A stretch of 64,000 nt of DNA from Actinomycetota bacterium (GTDB lineage Bacteria; Actinomycetota; UBA4738; HRBIN12): contig BPGL01000001.1 of the NCBI GenBank assembly GCA_026003015.1, positions 64,922-128,921 on the forward strand, read 5' to 3'. The notes under the pieces are model-generated. The model had not been told where the DNA came from. It saw nothing but the letters and a program-made list of their open reading frames with translations, and did no database searches. Positions 26,408-37,855 of the stretch are shown in pieces (position 1 is the first letter of the stretch; each line of letters opens with the position of its first letter). The position numbers and the translations under genes are program-made.

Positions 26408-27393
26408 GGACCGTGATCAAGGAGACGAAGACCCCCCAGATCGTGATCTCCGACGTCGAGGCGGGCCTGCCCTTCTCCAAGGGGTTGCTCGCCTCGCAGG
26501 TCATGGTCACCGGGCTGTCCCCACGCCGCGCCTACGAGGTCGCCGACCGCGTCGAGGATCGGCTGGTGGGCTCGGGGCGCCTCACGCTCACGAGCGAGGA
26601 GCTGGCGAGCGTCGCCGTCGCCGTCCTCTCAGAGGTGGCGGGCGACCGCTACGCGAAGAACTACCAGCGCTGGCGGGAGGTCGAGCGGCTCGACGTGCCG
26701 CTCGTGATCCTGATCGGTGGGGCCACCGGGGTCGGCAAGTCGACGATCGCCACGCAGCTCGCCGCCCGCCTGGGCATCGTTCGGGTCGTGGCGACCGACG
26801 CGATCCGCGAGGTGATGCGCGCGATGCTGTCCGAGCAGCTCCTGCCGACCCTGCACGTGTCCTCGTTCCAGGCCGACGAGGCGCTGCGCGAGCCGCCGAC
26901 CCGCTCGGCCGACGCGGTGATCATCGGGTTCCGCGAGCAGACCGCCGCCGTGTGCGTCGGCGTGAACGCGCTGATCGAGCGCGCGGCCGACGAGGGCACG
27001 AGCATCGTGATCGAGGGCGCCCACATCGTCCCAGGGTTCTTCGATGTGGAAACCCACGCCGACCGCATCCTCGCGGTACCCTTCATCGTGGGGGTCGACG
27101 ACGAGGAGCGCCACCGCTCCCATTTCGCGGCCCGCGAGGGCGCCGTCGCAGCCCGCCCGGCTCAGCGCTACGAGGTCGGATTCGAGAACATCCGGAAGCT
27201 CCAGCGGTGGGTCAAGAGCCAGGCGCTGTCCCACGGGGTGCCGGTGATCCCGAACTACAGCTTCGACCAGTCGATCGCGGCGGTGATCGACCTCGTGATG
27301 GAGCGAGCCACCGCCCGGGCCGCCGAGCTCGGGCGCCGTGAGCAGGGGCGAGCCGAGCCCCCCGAAGGCCGGCGAGAAGGGAAGACCGCGTGA
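26404..27393 (+). CDS. pgk2: 2-phosphoglycerate kinase (ATP-cone plus P-loop)
   Basis: PFSKGLLA ATP-cone; ILIGGATGVGKSTIA; TDAIREVMR; VIEGAH; GTGA overlap with cpgS. Confidence 0.88.
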   Translation: MRTVIKETKTPQIVISDVEAGLPFSKGLLASQVMVTGLSPRRAYEVADRVEDRLVGSGRLTLTSEELASVAVAVLSEVAGDRYAKNYQRWREVERLDVPLVILIGGATGVGKSTIATQLAARLGIVRVVATDAIREVMRAMLSEQLLPTLHVSSFQADEALREPPTRSADAVIIGFREQTAAVCVGVNALIERAADEGTSIVIEGAHIVPGFFDVETHADRILAVPFIVGVDDEERHRSHFAAREGAVAARPAQRYEVGFENIRKLQRWVKSQALSHGVPVIPNYSFDQSIAAVIDLVMERATARAAELGRREQGRAEPPEGRREGKTA

Positions 27394-28061
27394 AGCTGTT
27401 CCTGGATACCGCGAGCATCGAGGAGATCCGCGCGATCAAGCGCTGGGGGGTCCTCGGCGGCGTGACGACGAACCCGACCTTGGTCGGGCGCGAGCGGCAG
27501 GATCCCGAGCACGTGTGGAAGCGGATCCTCGACGAGGTCGACGGCGACGTCTCGCTCGAGACGACCGCGGTCGAGGCGGAGGCGATGGTCGAGGAGGGGC
27601 GGGCGCTCGCGGCCATGGGCCGCAACGCCGTCGTCAAGGTGCCGATGACCCCGGCCGGGCTCGAGGCGGGGCGACGCCTGACCGACGAGGGGATCCGGAT
27701 CAACGTGACGCTCGTGTTCTCCCCGGCACAGGCGCTGCTGGCCGCCGAGATCGGCGCCTACGTCGTGTCGCCGTTCCTCGGCAGGATCGACGACGTCGCC
27801 GGCGATGGGATGCACGCCCTGCGCCAGATCGTCGAGATCTATCGCGCCCAGGGGTACCCCACGAAGGTCCTCGCGGCCTCGCTCCGCCACCCGATGCACG
27901 TCGTTGAGGCGGCGCGCGCCGGTGCCGATATCGCGACGATGCCCTACGAGGTGTTCACGAAGCTGGTGAGCCACCCGCTCACCGATCTCGGCCTGGAGCG
28001 GTTCCTGGCCGACTGGCAGCAGCTCCGGCGCGAGCTGGAGGGAGAGGCACGGTCCTCATGA
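27390..28061 (+). CDS. tal: Transaldolase, small TalC/FSA family
   Basis: FLDTA, GVTTNPT, VVKVP, NVTLVFS, SPFLGR, AASLRHP. Confidence 0.92.
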   Translation: MKLFLDTASIEEIRAIKRWGVLGGVTTNPTLVGRERQDPEHVWKRILDEVDGDVSLETTAVEAEAMVEEGRALAAMGRNAVVKVPMTPAGLEAGRRLTDEGIRINVTLVFSPAQALLAAEIGAYVVSPFLGRIDDVAGDGMHALRQIVEIYRAQGYPTKVLAASLRHPMHVVEAARAGADIATMPYEVFTKLVSHPLTDLGLERFLADWQQLRRELEGEARSS

Positions 28062-29677
28062 CTGACATCACCACCGATCGAGCGGTCCTCGGCACGAAGC
28101 TCGTGCCCGAGCTCCAGGCGATCGCGCAGCGCCTGGGCGTCGAGGGCGCACAGAGGCTCCGGAAGGCCGGTCTGATCGACGCGATCGTCGAGCGCGCGAG
28201 CGCGGCCGACGGCAACGGGCGCGCGGGCCAAGGGCGACCCCGCGCCGCCCGGCAGGGGCCCGAGACGCCGTCGCGCGGCGACGAGCCGACGGCCGCGGGA
28301 ACGTCGACGCTCGTGGAGGACCGCCCGGCGCCCCCGACGGCACCGGGCGGGGCCGGCCGCGGCGGCGACGGCGGTGGTCGGGCCGACCGCGGCGGCGACG
28401 GCGGCGGCGAGGGCGGACGCGAGGATCGGCCGGAGCCGCGCGACCAGGGTGGCGAGCCCCAGGGGCGGCGCCGTCGGCCCTCGCGCGAGGAGCGTCGCCG
28501 GGCCCGCGAGGAGCGCCGGGCCCGCGAGGAGGCCGAGCGGGCCGAAGAGCTCGCCAACGCCCCCACGCGGGAGGGGATCCTCGACATCCTGCCCGAGGGG
28601 TACGGGTTCCTGCGCACGACCGGGTACCTGCCCGGCCCCGAGGACATCTACGTATCGGTCGGCCAGGTCCGGCGCTACGCGCTGCGCAAGGGCGACGTCG
28701 TCGCCGGGAAGGCCCGCCGCGCGCGGGACAACGAGAAGTACCCCGCGCTGCTCACGGTCGAGGCGGTGAACGAGCTCGACCCCGAGGAGGCCGCGAGGCG
28801 GCCCCTGTTCGACAAGCTGACCCCCCTGTTCCCTGAGGAGCGGTTCCGGCTCGAGAGCGGTCCCGAGGCGATCAGCGAGCGGATCATCGACATGATCGCG
28901 CCGATCGGTAAGGGCCAGCGGGGGATGGTCGTCTCACCGCCCAAGGCCGGCAAGACGACGATCCTCAAGCAGATCGCGAACGGGATCATCCACTCGGATC
29001 CGAAGACCCACGTGATGGTGCTGCTCGTCGACGAGCGGCCCGAGGAGGTCACCGACTGGCAGCGCACGGTCCGAGCGGCCGAGGTCGTGTACTCGACCTT
29101 CGACAAGCCGACCGACCAGCACATCCAGGTGACCGAGCTCGTGCTCGAGCGAGCCAAGCGCCTGGCGGAGCTCGGTCAGGACGTCGCGATCATCCTCGAC
29201 TCGCTGACGCGCCTGGCCCGCGCCTACAACCTCGCGATGCCGGCCTCGGGGAAGATCCTTACCGGCGGGATCGACGCCTCCGCCCTGTACCCTCCCCGTC
29301 GGTTCTTCGGCGCTGCGCGCAACATCGAGGAGGGCGGTTCGCTCACGATCATCGCGAGCGCGCTCGTCGAGACCGGCTCGCGTATGGACGACGGGATCTT
29401 CGAGGAGTTCAAGGGCACCGGGAACATGGAGCTGCGGCTCGACCGCCAGCTCGCCGAGAAGCGGCTGTTCCCCGCGATCAACGTCGACGCGTCGGGGACC
29501 CGCAAGGAGGAGCTGCTGCTGCCGGCCGAGGAGCTCGCGCTCGTGATCAAGCTGCGTCGCGTGCTGCACGCCCTCGAGCCGGGCGCGGCGCTCGAGCTGC
29601 TGATCGACAAGCTCCGCTCGACCCGTTCGAACGAGCAGTTCCTCCGGGAGATCGCGAAGGCGCCCGCCGGAGGATGA
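28058..29677 (+). CDS. rho: Transcription termination factor Rho with N-terminal low-complexity insertion
   Basis: [38 protein letters not shown]. Confidence 0.98.
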   Translation: MTDITTDRAVLGTKLVPELQAIAQRLGVEGAQRLRKAGLIDAIVERASAADGNGRAGQGRPRAARQGPETPSRGDEPTAAGTSTLVEDRPAPPTAPGGAGRGGDGGGRADRGGDGGGEGGREDRPEPRDQGGEPQGRRRRPSREERRRAREERRAREEAERAEELANAPTREGILDILPEGYGFLRTTGYLPGPEDIYVSVGQVRRYALRKGDVVAGKARRARDNEKYPALLTVEAVNELDPEEAARRPLFDKLTPLFPEERFRLESGPEAISERIIDMIAPIGKGQRGMVVSPPKAGKTTILKQIANGIIHSDPKTHVMVLLVDERPEEVTDWQRTVRAAEVVYSTFDKPTDQHIQVTELVLERAKRLAELGQDVAIILDSLTRLARAYNLAMPASGKILTGGIDASALYPPRRFFGAARNIEEGGSLTIIASALVETGSRMDDGIFEEFKGTGNMELRLDRQLAEKRLFPAINVDASGTRKEELLLPAEELALVIKLRRVLHALEPGAALELLIDKLRSTRSNEQFLREIAKAPAGG

Positions 29678-29709
29678 ACCGACCCCGGCGCGGGGTGACA
29701 GGAGGAGGC

Positions 29710-29934
29710 ATGAAGCAGGGCATCCATCCCGAGTACCAGATCGCGAGCGTGCACTGCTCGTGCGGCGCGACGTTCCAGACGCGCTCGACCGTCGCGGAGA
29801 TCCGTGCGGAGATCTGCTCCCAGTGCCACCCCTTCTACACGGGGACCCAGAAGCTTGTGGACACCGGCGGTCGGGTCGAGCGGTTCCAGCGCCGGTACGC
29901 GAAGACCAGGCGCGTCGCCGAACCGCAGGACTGA
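29710..29934 (+). CDS. rpmE: 50S ribosomal protein L31 (Zn-binding form)
   Basis: [34 protein letters not shown]. Confidence 0.97.
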   Translation: MKQGIHPEYQIASVHCSCGATFQTRSTVAEIRAEICSQCHPFYTGTQKLVDTGGRVERFQRRYAKTRRVAEPQD

Positions 29935-29939
29935 GCGAG

Positions 29940-30842
29940 GTGGGTGAGGCCCGCGGCGCCCCCGCGCCGCTGTACGGCGGCCAGGCGGTCGTCGAGGGCG
30001 TCATGATGCGCGGGGCCGACCACTGGGCGGTGGCCGTGCGCCGCCCCGACGGACGGATCCACGTCGAGTCGCACGAGATCCGCTCGATCCAGCAGCGGCA
30101 TCCGATCTGGCGCCGCCCGGGCCTTCGGGGGATGGTGGTGCTCGGGCAGTCCCTCGTGATCGGCGTGCGCGCGCTCATGATCGCGGCCAACGTCGCCGCT
30201 CCGGAGGAGGAGCGCCTGACGAGCCGCCAGGCCGCCGCCTCGCTCGTCCTCGCGCTCGTGCTGTTCCTCGGCGTCTTCATCCTCGGCCCCGCGACCCTGT
30301 TCGCGTGGTTCGAGCGCCGCGTCGGCGGTGGCCTGTGGGTGAACGTGGTGGAGGGGCTCTTCCGCGTGCTGCTGCTCGTCGCCTACCTGTGGCTGATCGG
30401 GCGCGCCGGGGAGATCCGGCGGGTCTTCGCCTACCACGGCGCGGAGCACAAGACGATCGCGGCTCACGAGCATGGGGAGCCCCTCGTCGTGGAGCGGATC
30501 GACCGGTTCCCCAAGGAGCACGTGCGCTGCGGAACGAACTTCCTGCTGATCGTGATGATCACGACGATCTTCGTCTTCGCGCTGTTCGGAACCCCGCCGC
30601 TGCCGTGGCGGCTCGTCTCGCGGATCGTGGCCATCCCGCTGATCGCCGCGATCGCCTACGAGGCGCTGCGCTTGGGCGCCCGCTACTCGACGTCCCCGCT
30701 GATGCGCGCGCTGATGGCCCCGGGGCTGTGGCTGCAGCGGATCACGACCCGTGAGCCGGACGCCGATCAGATCGAGGTGGCGGTCGCCGCGTTCCGTGAG
30801 GTCCAGCGGCGCGAGGCCGAGGCGGCGGCCGACCGCGGCTGA
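29940..30842 (+). CDS. DUF1385 (YqhQ-like) membrane protein
   Basis: GGQAVVEGVMMR, YHGAEHK, HVRCGTNF, LQRITTREP. Confidence 0.9.
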   Translation: MGEARGAPAPLYGGQAVVEGVMMRGADHWAVAVRRPDGRIHVESHEIRSIQQRHPIWRRPGLRGMVVLGQSLVIGVRALMIAANVAAPEEERLTSRQAAASLVLALVLFLGVFILGPATLFAWFERRVGGGLWVNVVEGLFRVLLLVAYLWLIGRAGEIRRVFAYHGAEHKTIAAHEHGEPLVVERIDRFPKEHVRCGTNFLLIVMITTIFVFALFGTPPLPWRLVSRIVAIPLIAAIAYEALRLGARYSTSPLMRALMAPGLWLQRITTREPDADQIEVAVAAFREVQRREAEAAADRG

Positions 30843-30922
30843 TCCCGAGCGACGCGGTCGTTGCATCCGCGGTCTTCGGGGTCGAAGATGATGCGATCCG
30901 CGAACGACCCGGAGGTCCCGCC

Positions 30923-31693
30923 ATGACCGAGCTCGACCTGCCGCTGCTGCCGAGCGCCGAGCAGATCCGTCGACGCGAGTTCGCGACCGTACGGCGCGGC
31001 TACGACCCCGACCAGGTCCGAGACTACCTCCGCCAGGTCGCCGAGCAGGTGGAGCGGCTCGAGCGCGAGCTGCGCGAGGCGAAGCTCCGCGGTGCCGCCT
31101 CGGCCGAGCCCGCGGCCGAACGGATCGAGGACGCGTCGACCGAGCGGGCCGACGCGGCCGCGGCGGCAGATCCGTACGACGCGCTCGCGAAGCGGATGTC
31201 GAACCTGATCGCCGCCGCCGACCGCGAGGCGGCGACGCTTCGTCGCGACGCCGAACGCGAGGCCGAGCGTCTGCTCGAACAGGCGCGCGCGGAGGCCGAC
31301 CGGATCCGCGTCGACGCCCAGGCGCGGGCCGAGGCGGCCCGCCAGGAGGGCGCCGAGGCGCTCGCCAGCGCGCGCGAGGAGGCCGATCGGCTCCTGTCGA
31401 CGCTGTCGGAGCGCCGCGCGGCGCTCGTCGAGCAGATGCGCGTGATGCGCGAGCGGCTGCTCTCGGTCGCCCAGGAGCTCGGCGCCGAGCTCGACGAGGC
31501 CGAGGAGCAGGGGGAGGCCGAAAAGCGGCGGCCGACCGGCGGGGGGTCCGCCGGCGGGCGATCCGAGGAGCTCCTGGACCCCCGTTACGAGGACCTGTGG
31601 GTCTCGCGGTCCGACGAGCCGCCCGGCGGCGTCGACATCCCCGACCTCGCCACGATCGACCTCGACCTCGACGACGACCCCGGATCCGGCTGA
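30923..31693 (+). CDS. DivIVA-domain coiled-coil protein
   Basis: IRRREFATVRRGYDPDQVRDYL followed by a long coiled coil; GGAGG RBS. Confidence 0.85.
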   Translation: MTELDLPLLPSAEQIRRREFATVRRGYDPDQVRDYLRQVAEQVERLERELREAKLRGAASAEPAAERIEDASTERADAAAAADPYDALAKRMSNLIAAADREAATLRRDAEREAERLLEQARAEADRIRVDAQARAEAARQEGAEALASAREEADRLLSTLSERRAALVEQMRVMRERLLSVAQELGAELDEAEEQGEAEKRRPTGGGSAGGRSEELLDPRYEDLWVSRSDEPPGGVDIPDLATIDLDLDDDPGSG

Positions 31694-31777
31694 GCCGTCC
31701 TCCCACCGGGCCGGCGATCGGGCTGGCGGGCGGGGGCCCGCCCTCGGGCGGGTCCGCGCTGGGAGAATCCGGACGGG

Positions 31778-32866
31778 ATGACGACCGGGATCGACGACGC
31801 CCTCGCCGAGATCGAGCAGGCCTACGAGCGGGTCGAGGCCGAGCTCGCCGAGCCCGAGGTCGCGCGCGATCCCGATCGGCTCCGCGAGCTGGGACGACGC
31901 CTGGCCGAGCTCGAGGCGATCGTTCGACCGCTGCGCGCCTGGCGGGCCGCCGAGGCCGCCGCCGCCGACGCCCGCGAGCTCGCCGCCGCGGAGGCCGACC
32001 CCGCGATGGCCACCTACTTCGAGGAGGAGGCGCGAGCGGCCGAGGCTCGAGCGGCGGAGCTGCGCGCCGAGCTCGAGCGGGCGCTCGTGCCGCGGGACCC
32101 GAACGAGGGACGCGATGTGATCGTGGAGATCCGCGCCGGGGCCGGGGGACAGGAGGCGGCGCTGTGGGCCGGCGACCTCCTGGAGATGTACCGGCGTCTG
32201 GCCGAGCGCCACCGCTGGCGCGCCGAGGTGCTCGCGTCCTCCCCCTCGGAGCTCGGGGGCTTCAAGGAGGTCTCGCTCGAGGTCCGGGGCGCCGACGCGT
32301 GGTCGCGTCTCAAGCACGAGGCGGGGGTCCACCGGGTGCAGCGCGTGCCCGCGACCGAGTCGCAGGGGCGGATCCACACGTCGACAGCGACCGTCGCCGT
32401 GATGCCGGCTGCGGAGGAGGTCGAGGTGGAGCTCCGACCCGAAGATCTGCAGATCGACGTGTTCCGATCGAGCGGTCCGGGCGGCCAGTCGGTCAACACC
32501 ACCGACTCGGCGGTGCGCATCGTCCACCGCCCCACGGGGATCAAGGTCGAGGTCCAGGAGGAGCGCTCGCAGCTGCAGAACCGCGAGAAGGCGATGCGGT
32601 ACCTGCGGGCCCGGCTGCTGCGGATCGCTCAGGAGGAGGCCCGGGCCCAGGAGGCGGCGACGCGTCGAGCCCAGCTCGGCACCGGCGAGCGGGCGGAGAA
32701 GATCCGCACCTACAACTTCCCGGAGGGGCGCGTGACCGATCACCGGATCAAGCTCACGACCCACCGGCTGCCCGAGGTCCTGGCCGGGGGCGAGGAGCTC
32801 GACCGGATCGTGGACGCCCTGCTCGTGGCCGAACGCGCCGCGGAGCTCGGGGAGGTGCGGGCGTGA
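31778..32866 (+). CDS. prfA: Peptide chain release factor 1
   Basis: VQRVPAT (PxT), [13 protein letters not shown]. Confidence 0.98.
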   Translation: MTTGIDDALAEIEQAYERVEAELAEPEVARDPDRLRELGRRLAELEAIVRPLRAWRAAEAAAADARELAAAEADPAMATYFEEEARAAEARAAELRAELERALVPRDPNEGRDVIVEIRAGAGGQEAALWAGDLLEMYRRLAERHRWRAEVLASSPSELGGFKEVSLEVRGADAWSRLKHEAGVHRVQRVPATESQGRIHTSTATVAVMPAAEEVEVELRPEDLQIDVFRSSGPGGQSVNTTDSAVRIVHRPTGIKVEVQEERSQLQNREKAMRYLRARLLRIAQEEARAQEAATRRAQLGTGERAEKIRTYNFPEGRVTDHRIKLTTHRLPEVLAGGEELDRIVDALLVAERAAELGEVRA

Positions 32867-33699
32867 CGCCGGCCCCTGCGGAGGTCCTCCGACGCGCCGT
32901 CGGCTACCTCGAGCGCCACGGCGTCGACCAGCCGCGCTCGACCGCGGAGCTCCTGCTGATGCGCGTGCTCGGGGTCGACCGCGCGGGGCTGTACGCGCGA
33001 CGAACGCCGCTGGCGCCCGAGGAGGCGCGGGCGTTCGGGCGGCTGCTGTGCCGGCGCTGTGCCGGCGACCCGACCCAGCACCTCACCGGCGAGGCCGGCT
33101 TCCGTCGGCTCGTGCTCGAGGTGGGGCCTGGCGTGTTCGTCCCGCGGCCGGAGACGGAGGTGCTCGTCGACGCGGCGATCGACCGGATCGACGCGGCCGG
33201 TCTCGAGGGGCCGGTCGTCGACGTGGGCACCGGCTCGGGCGCGATCGCGCTCGCCATCGCCGACGAGCGGCCCGGCCGACGCGTCCTCGCGACGGAGCGA
33301 TCGCCGATCGCCGCCGCCGTGGCCCGACGCAACGCCGCGCGTCTCGGGCTGGCCGTGGAGGTCCTGGAGGGAGACCTCCTCGATCCGCTGCCGGACGAGC
33401 TCCGCGGCCGCGTGGCGCTCGTCGTCAGCAACCCCCCCTACCTGGACCCCAGCGAGGACCTGCCGCGGGAGGTCCGCGCCGACCCGCCCGAGGCGCTGTT
33501 CGGTGGCCTCGGCGGCTACGAGCGGCTGTTCCGCCAGGCGCGCCGATGGCTCGGCCCGGGCGGCGGCGTCGCCGTCGAGCTCGATCCGCGATCGACCTCG
33601 GCGATCCGCGTCGCCGCCGTGCAGGCCGGCCTCGAGCCCCTCGAGGTCCGCCGCGACCTGGCCGGTCGCGAGCGGGTCCTCGTCGCCCGCGTCCCATGA
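32863..33699 (+). CDS. prmC: Release factor glutamine methyltransferase
   Basis: PRPETE, DVGTGSG, SNPPY; coupled to prfA. Confidence 0.95.
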   Translation: MTPAPAEVLRRAVGYLERHGVDQPRSTAELLLMRVLGVDRAGLYARRTPLAPEEARAFGRLLCRRCAGDPTQHLTGEAGFRRLVLEVGPGVFVPRPETEVLVDAAIDRIDAAGLEGPVVDVGTGSGAIALAIADERPGRRVLATERSPIAAAVARRNAARLGLAVEVLEGDLLDPLPDELRGRVALVVSNPPYLDPSEDLPREVRADPPEALFGGLGGYERLFRQARRWLGPGGGVAVELDPRSTSAIRVAAVQAGLEPLEVRRDLAGRERVLVARVP

Positions 33700-34328
33700 C
33701 GGACCCGGTCGCCGAGGCGGCCGCGGCGCTCGAGCGTGGCGAGCTCGTGGTGCTGCCCACCGACACGGTCTACGGACTCGCCGCTCGGCCCGACGACCCG
33801 GCCGCGACCGAGGCGATCTTCCGCGCGAAGGGACGTCCGAAGGACCTCACGCTGCCGGTGCTCGTCGCCTCCCTCGAGGACGCCCGGCGGGTCGGGGTCC
33901 TCGATCCGAGGGCGGAACGGCTCGCCCGCGCGTTGTGGCCGGGGCCCGCCACCCTCGTCGTGCCCCGCACCGAGGCGAGCCGCCCGTGGTCCCTCGGCGG
34001 GCAGGGCGAGACGGTCGGGCTGCGCATCCCGGATCATCGGCTGGCACGAGCGCTCCTCGTGCGAACCGGCCCCCTCGCGGTGACGAGCGCCAACCGTTCG
34101 GGGGAGCCGCCGGCCGCGACCTGTGAGGAGCTCGTCGGGATCTTCGGCGACCGCGTCGCGGTCTACCTGTGCGACGAGGCCGAGCCGCTCGCCGGCCGTC
34201 CCTCGACGGTCGTCGACCTCGCCGACGAGCGCCCGCGGGTGCTGCGGGCCGGTGCCCTGGACCCCGCGACGATCGATCGCCTCCTGGCCGGCGAGGACCC
34301 GCTGCTAGACTCCGGCCCTCGCGGATGA
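33696..34328 (+). CDS. tsaC: L-threonylcarbamoyladenylate synthase (TsaC/Sua5)
   Basis: PTDTVYGL, KGRP, WPGPAT, TSANRSG, PSTVVD. Confidence 0.95.
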   Translation: MTDPVAEAAAALERGELVVLPTDTVYGLAARPDDPAATEAIFRAKGRPKDLTLPVLVASLEDARRVGVLDPRAERLARALWPGPATLVVPRTEASRPWSLGGQGETVGLRIPDHRLARALLVRTGPLAVTSANRSGEPPAATCEELVGIFGDRVAVYLCDEAEPLAGRPSTVVDLADERPRVLRAGALDPATIDRLLAGEDPLLDSGPRG

Positions 34329-34918
34329 GCTCGATCCTCGTCGTGTGCACCGGCAACGTCTGCCGATCCCCGATCGCGGAGGGGCTGTTGCGGCGCGCGC
34401 TCGGGCGCCGGCTCGGCGACGAGGCGCCGCAGGTCACGTCGGCGGGCACGGACGGCTGGGCGGGCTCCGGCGCGACCGATCTCGCGATCCGGGCCGCGGC
34501 CGAGCGCGGGGTTGACATCGCGTCTCACGTCGCGCGGCGGCTCGAGCCCGGCGACGTGGAGGAGGCCGACCTCGTCGTGGCGATGGCCCGCGAGCATCGC
34601 GAGCACGTCGTCGCGCTCGTGCCGTCGGCGGCCGATCGGACGTTCACGCTGAAGGAGCTCGTTCGTCTCCTCGACGGCCTAGACCTTGCGCCGGGGGCCG
34701 ACCTCGCGGCTCAGGTCGGCGCCGCCGCGGCCGCGAGGAGGGCGAGGGCCGGCGCCGCGGCCGACGAGGACGTGGCCGACCCGCTCGGGGAGCCCCTCGA
34801 GACCTACCGGGCCATCGCCTGGGAGCTCGAGGGATGGATCGAGCGGCTGGCCGAGGCCCTCGCGCCGTCGGCGCGCACCGACCCCGCCGATGGCGCCGCC
34901 CGCGGGGGGACCGGCTAG
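34325..34918 (+). CDS. Low-molecular-weight protein phosphatase
   Basis: [10 protein letters not shown]-loop; DVADP general acid. Confidence 0.92.
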   Translation: MSSILVVCTGNVCRSPIAEGLLRRALGRRLGDEAPQVTSAGTDGWAGSGATDLAIRAAAERGVDIASHVARRLEPGDVEEADLVVAMAREHREHVVALVPSAADRTFTLKELVRLLDGLDLAPGADLAAQVGAAAAARRARAGAAADEDVADPLGEPLETYRAIAWELEGWIERLAEALAPSARTDPADGAARGGTG

Positions 34919-35368
34919 GTGCGGATCGCGATCGGCTCCGACCACGCGGGCTTCGCGCTCAAGCAGGAGCTCGCGGCGTTCCTGCGGGAAGAGGGCCACG
35001 AGGTCGTGGACGTGGGCACGGACTCCAGCGAGCCGATCGACTACCCCGTCTACTGCTTGCTCGTCGCCCGGGCCGTTGCCGATGGGGCGGTCGAGCGCGG
35101 TATCGTCCTGGGCGGATCGGGCCAGGGAGAGCAGATCGCCGCGAACAAGGTCCGCGGGATCCGCGCGGCGCTGTGCCACGATCTGTGGATGGCCCAGATG
35201 GCCCGACGGCACAACGACGCGAACGTGCTGAGCATGGGTGGACGGGTGGTCGCGCCCGACTACGCGAAGGAGATCGTCCGCGCGTGGCTCGCCACCCCGT
35301 TCGACGGGGGACGCCACGCGCGGCGGATCGAGCAGATCGCCCGCATCGAGCGAGGGGAGCAGCCATGA
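34919..35368 (+). CDS. rpiB: Ribose-5-phosphate isomerase B
   Basis: SDHAG, DYP, GGSGQGE, HNDANVL, GRHARR. Confidence 0.95.
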   Translation: MRIAIGSDHAGFALKQELAAFLREEGHEVVDVGTDSSEPIDYPVYCLLVARAVADGAVERGIVLGGSGQGEQIAANKVRGIRAALCHDLWMAQMARRHNDANVLSMGGRVVAPDYAKEIVRAWLATPFDGGRHARRIEQIARIERGEQP

Positions 35369-36630
35369 AGGGGTACGTGGCGGACTGGGAGGCGCTGCAG
35401 CGCACGGATCCCGAGGTCGCGGAGGCGATCGCCGGGGAGCTGGAGCGGGAGCGGACCACGCTGCGGCTCATCGCCTCGGAGAACTACGCGAGCCCGGCGG
35501 TGCTCGCCGCCCTCGGCTCGACGATGACGAACAAGTACGCGGAGGGCTACCCGGGCCGGCGCTACTACGGCGGCTGCGGGTTCGTCGACGTGACCGAGCA
35601 GCTCGCGATCGACCGGGCCAAGCAGCTGTTCGGTGCCGACCACGCGAACGTGCAGCCCCACGCCGGCGCGCAGGCGAACCTGGCGGTCTTCGGCGCCTTC
35701 CTGCAGCCGCGGGACCCCAGCGAGAAGGTGCTGGGGATGGTGCTCGCCCACGGCGGGCACCTCACCCACGGCTCACCGGTCAACGTCTCGGGGATGTGGT
35801 TCCACTTCGTCGGCTACGAGGTCGACCGGGAGACCGAGCGGCTCGACATGGATCGCGTGCGCGACCTCGCCCACGAGCACCGCCCGAAGATCATCCTGGC
35901 CGGGTACACGGCCTACCCGCGGGAGATCGACTTCGGGGCGTTCCGACAGATCGCCGACGAGGTCGGGGCGCTCTTGTGGGTCGATGCGTCGCACTTCATG
36001 GGGCTCGTCGCCGGGGGGGTCTACCCGAGCCCGGTGCCCTACGCCGACGTCGTCACCTTCACCACGCACAAGACCCTACGGGGTCCGCGCGGGGCGATGA
36101 TCCTGTGCCGCGAGGAGCACGCCCAGGCGATCGACAAGGCCGTGTTCCCGATGATGCAGGGGGGTCCGCTGGAGCACTGCATCGCGGCGAAGGCCGTGTG
36201 CCTCAAGGAGGCGATGAGCGAAGGGTTCCGCGCCTACGCGGAACGCACCGTCCGCGACGCGCGCGCGATCGCCGCCGCGCTGGCCGACGAGGGGCTGCGG
36301 ATCGTCTCGGGGGGAACGGATTCCCACCTGCTGCTGGCCGACGTTCGCCCGCTCGGCCTGGACGGGAAGCGGTCCGAGGCGGTGCTGGACGAGGTGGGGA
36401 TCGCGCTGAACAAGAACCAGATCCCCTACGACCCCAACCCGCCCTCGACGCCGAGCGGGATCCGCATCGGCACCCCGGCCGTGGCCACGCTCGGGATGGA
36501 CGAGCCCGAGATGCGCGAGGTCGCTTCGATCGTCGGCGAGGTCCTGCGCAGCCCCGACGACGCGGGCGTGAAGGACAAGGCTCGGGCCCGGGTCCGCGAT
36601 CTGATGCAGCGCTACCCCGTCTACCCGTAG
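35365..36630 (+). CDS. glyA: Serine hydroxymethyltransferase
   Basis: [32 protein letters not shown]. Confidence 0.98.
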   Translation: MKGYVADWEALQRTDPEVAEAIAGELERERTTLRLIASENYASPAVLAALGSTMTNKYAEGYPGRRYYGGCGFVDVTEQLAIDRAKQLFGADHANVQPHAGAQANLAVFGAFLQPRDPSEKVLGMVLAHGGHLTHGSPVNVSGMWFHFVGYEVDRETERLDMDRVRDLAHEHRPKIILAGYTAYPREIDFGAFRQIADEVGALLWVDASHFMGLVAGGVYPSPVPYADVVTFTTHKTLRGPRGAMILCREEHAQAIDKAVFPMMQGGPLEHCIAAKAVCLKEAMSEGFRAYAERTVRDARAIAAALADEGLRIVSGGTDSHLLLADVRPLGLDGKRSEAVLDEVGIALNKNQIPYDPNPPSTPSGIRIGTPAVATLGMDEPEMREVASIVGEVLRSPDDAGVKDKARARVRDLMQRYPVYP

Positions 36631-36638
36631 CCGGCCCC

Positions 36639-37772
36639 GTGTCGGCGTACCTGGTCGTCGCCCTCGTCGCCGGCGTGACGACCTTCTCGCTCACGCCGCT
36701 CGTCCGGCTGCTGTCCCTGCGCACGGGTGTGATCGACCGACCGGGCGATCGCAAGGTGCACCCGCGGCCCACGCCCACGCTCGGCGGGCTGGCGATGTAC
36801 GGGGGGCTGCTCGCCGGGATGGGGGCGTCGTTCGCCCTGCCGTTCTTCGACGAGGTGCACGCCGCCAGCCCGGAGCCGCTCGCGGTCGTCGTGACGGCCA
36901 CCCTGATCGTGGCGCTCGGCGTCGTCGACGACGCGCGGGGCCTGCGCGCGGTCACGAAGGCCACGGCGCAGGTCTTCGTCGCCGGTGTGCTCGCGCTGCT
37001 CGGCGTCGTGCTCGCCTACGTGTGGGTCCCGCTGCTGTCGGGCCCGGAGGGCTCGGTCGGGCAGGTCCTCGTCGTTTCGGCGGACCTCGCCGTGCCCCTG
37101 ACGATCCTGTGGGTGGTCGCGGTGGTCAACGCGGTGAACCTGATCGACGGCCTGGACGGCCTGGCGGCCGGCATGGTGGCGATCGCGAGCCTCGCCTTCT
37201 TCGTCTACCTCGAGCGCAGCGGCGGCCTGTTCGGCCAAGCCTCGGAGGCGGCCCTCCTGTCCGCGATCATCACCGGCGTGTGCGTGGGGTTCCTTCCCTG
37301 GAACTTCCACCCGGCCCGGATCTTCATGGGCGACGCCGGGTCGATGCTGCTCGGGTTGCTGATGGCGATCGCCACGATCTCCGGGATCGGGCGCAACCCC
37401 TACCCGCCTTCGGCGGGGGACTTCGCGGCGATCGCGGGACCCCTGCTCGTGCCGCTCCTCGTCTTGCTGATCCCCCTCCTCGACGTGCTGGCGGCGGTGG
37501 TCCGGCGCACCCGCCGCGGGCAGCGGATCGGGCATCCCGACAAGGAGCACCTGCACCACCGGCTCCTGGACATCGGCCACAGCCACCGGCGGGCCGTCCT
37601 GCTGATGTACCTGTGGAGCGCCCTGATCTCGGGCAGCACCCTCGCGGTGGGCCTGATCGACGGCCGGCTCACGGTGGGGCTGATCCTCGCCGGCGCGCTG
37701 GTCCTGTTCGTGGCGACGGCGCTTCCGCGCCTGGCCGAGCGACGCCGGGGAGGGGCCGCGCCGGCCGGGTAG
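36639..37772 (+). CDS. wecA: MraY/WecA family polyprenyl-phosphate GlcNAc-1-phosphate transferase
   Basis: GVVDD, NLIDGLDGLA, FMGDAG, HLHHRL. Confidence 0.9.
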   Translation: MSAYLVVALVAGVTTFSLTPLVRLLSLRTGVIDRPGDRKVHPRPTPTLGGLAMYGGLLAGMGASFALPFFDEVHAASPEPLAVVVTATLIVALGVVDDARGLRAVTKATAQVFVAGVLALLGVVLAYVWVPLLSGPEGSVGQVLVVSADLAVPLTILWVVAVVNAVNLIDGLDGLAAGMVAIASLAFFVYLERSGGLFGQASEAALLSAIITGVCVGFLPWNFHPARIFMGDAGSMLLGLLMAIATISGIGRNPYPPSAGDFAAIAGPLLVPLLVLLIPLLDVLAAVVRRTRRGQRIGHPDKEHLHHRLLDIGHSHRRAVLLMYLWSALISGSTLAVGLIDGRLTVGLILAGALVLFVATALPRLAERRRGGAAPAG

Positions 37773-37855
37773 AACCGCCCGCTTGGACGTTCCGTACAAC
37801 GTGATGTGATGGGTACGTCGCCGGCGGCGGTTCCGTGAGGGCGGCAACGCTGGTG

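Noticed and set aside
28200..28560. Low-complexity Gly/Arg repeats in rho
   Set aside because: Typical actinobacterial Rho N-terminal insertion
34325..34918. Calling the phosphatase YwlE (arginine phosphatase)
   Set aside because: Position matches, but the P-loop is CTGNVCR rather than CTGNTCR, so specificity cannot be assigned
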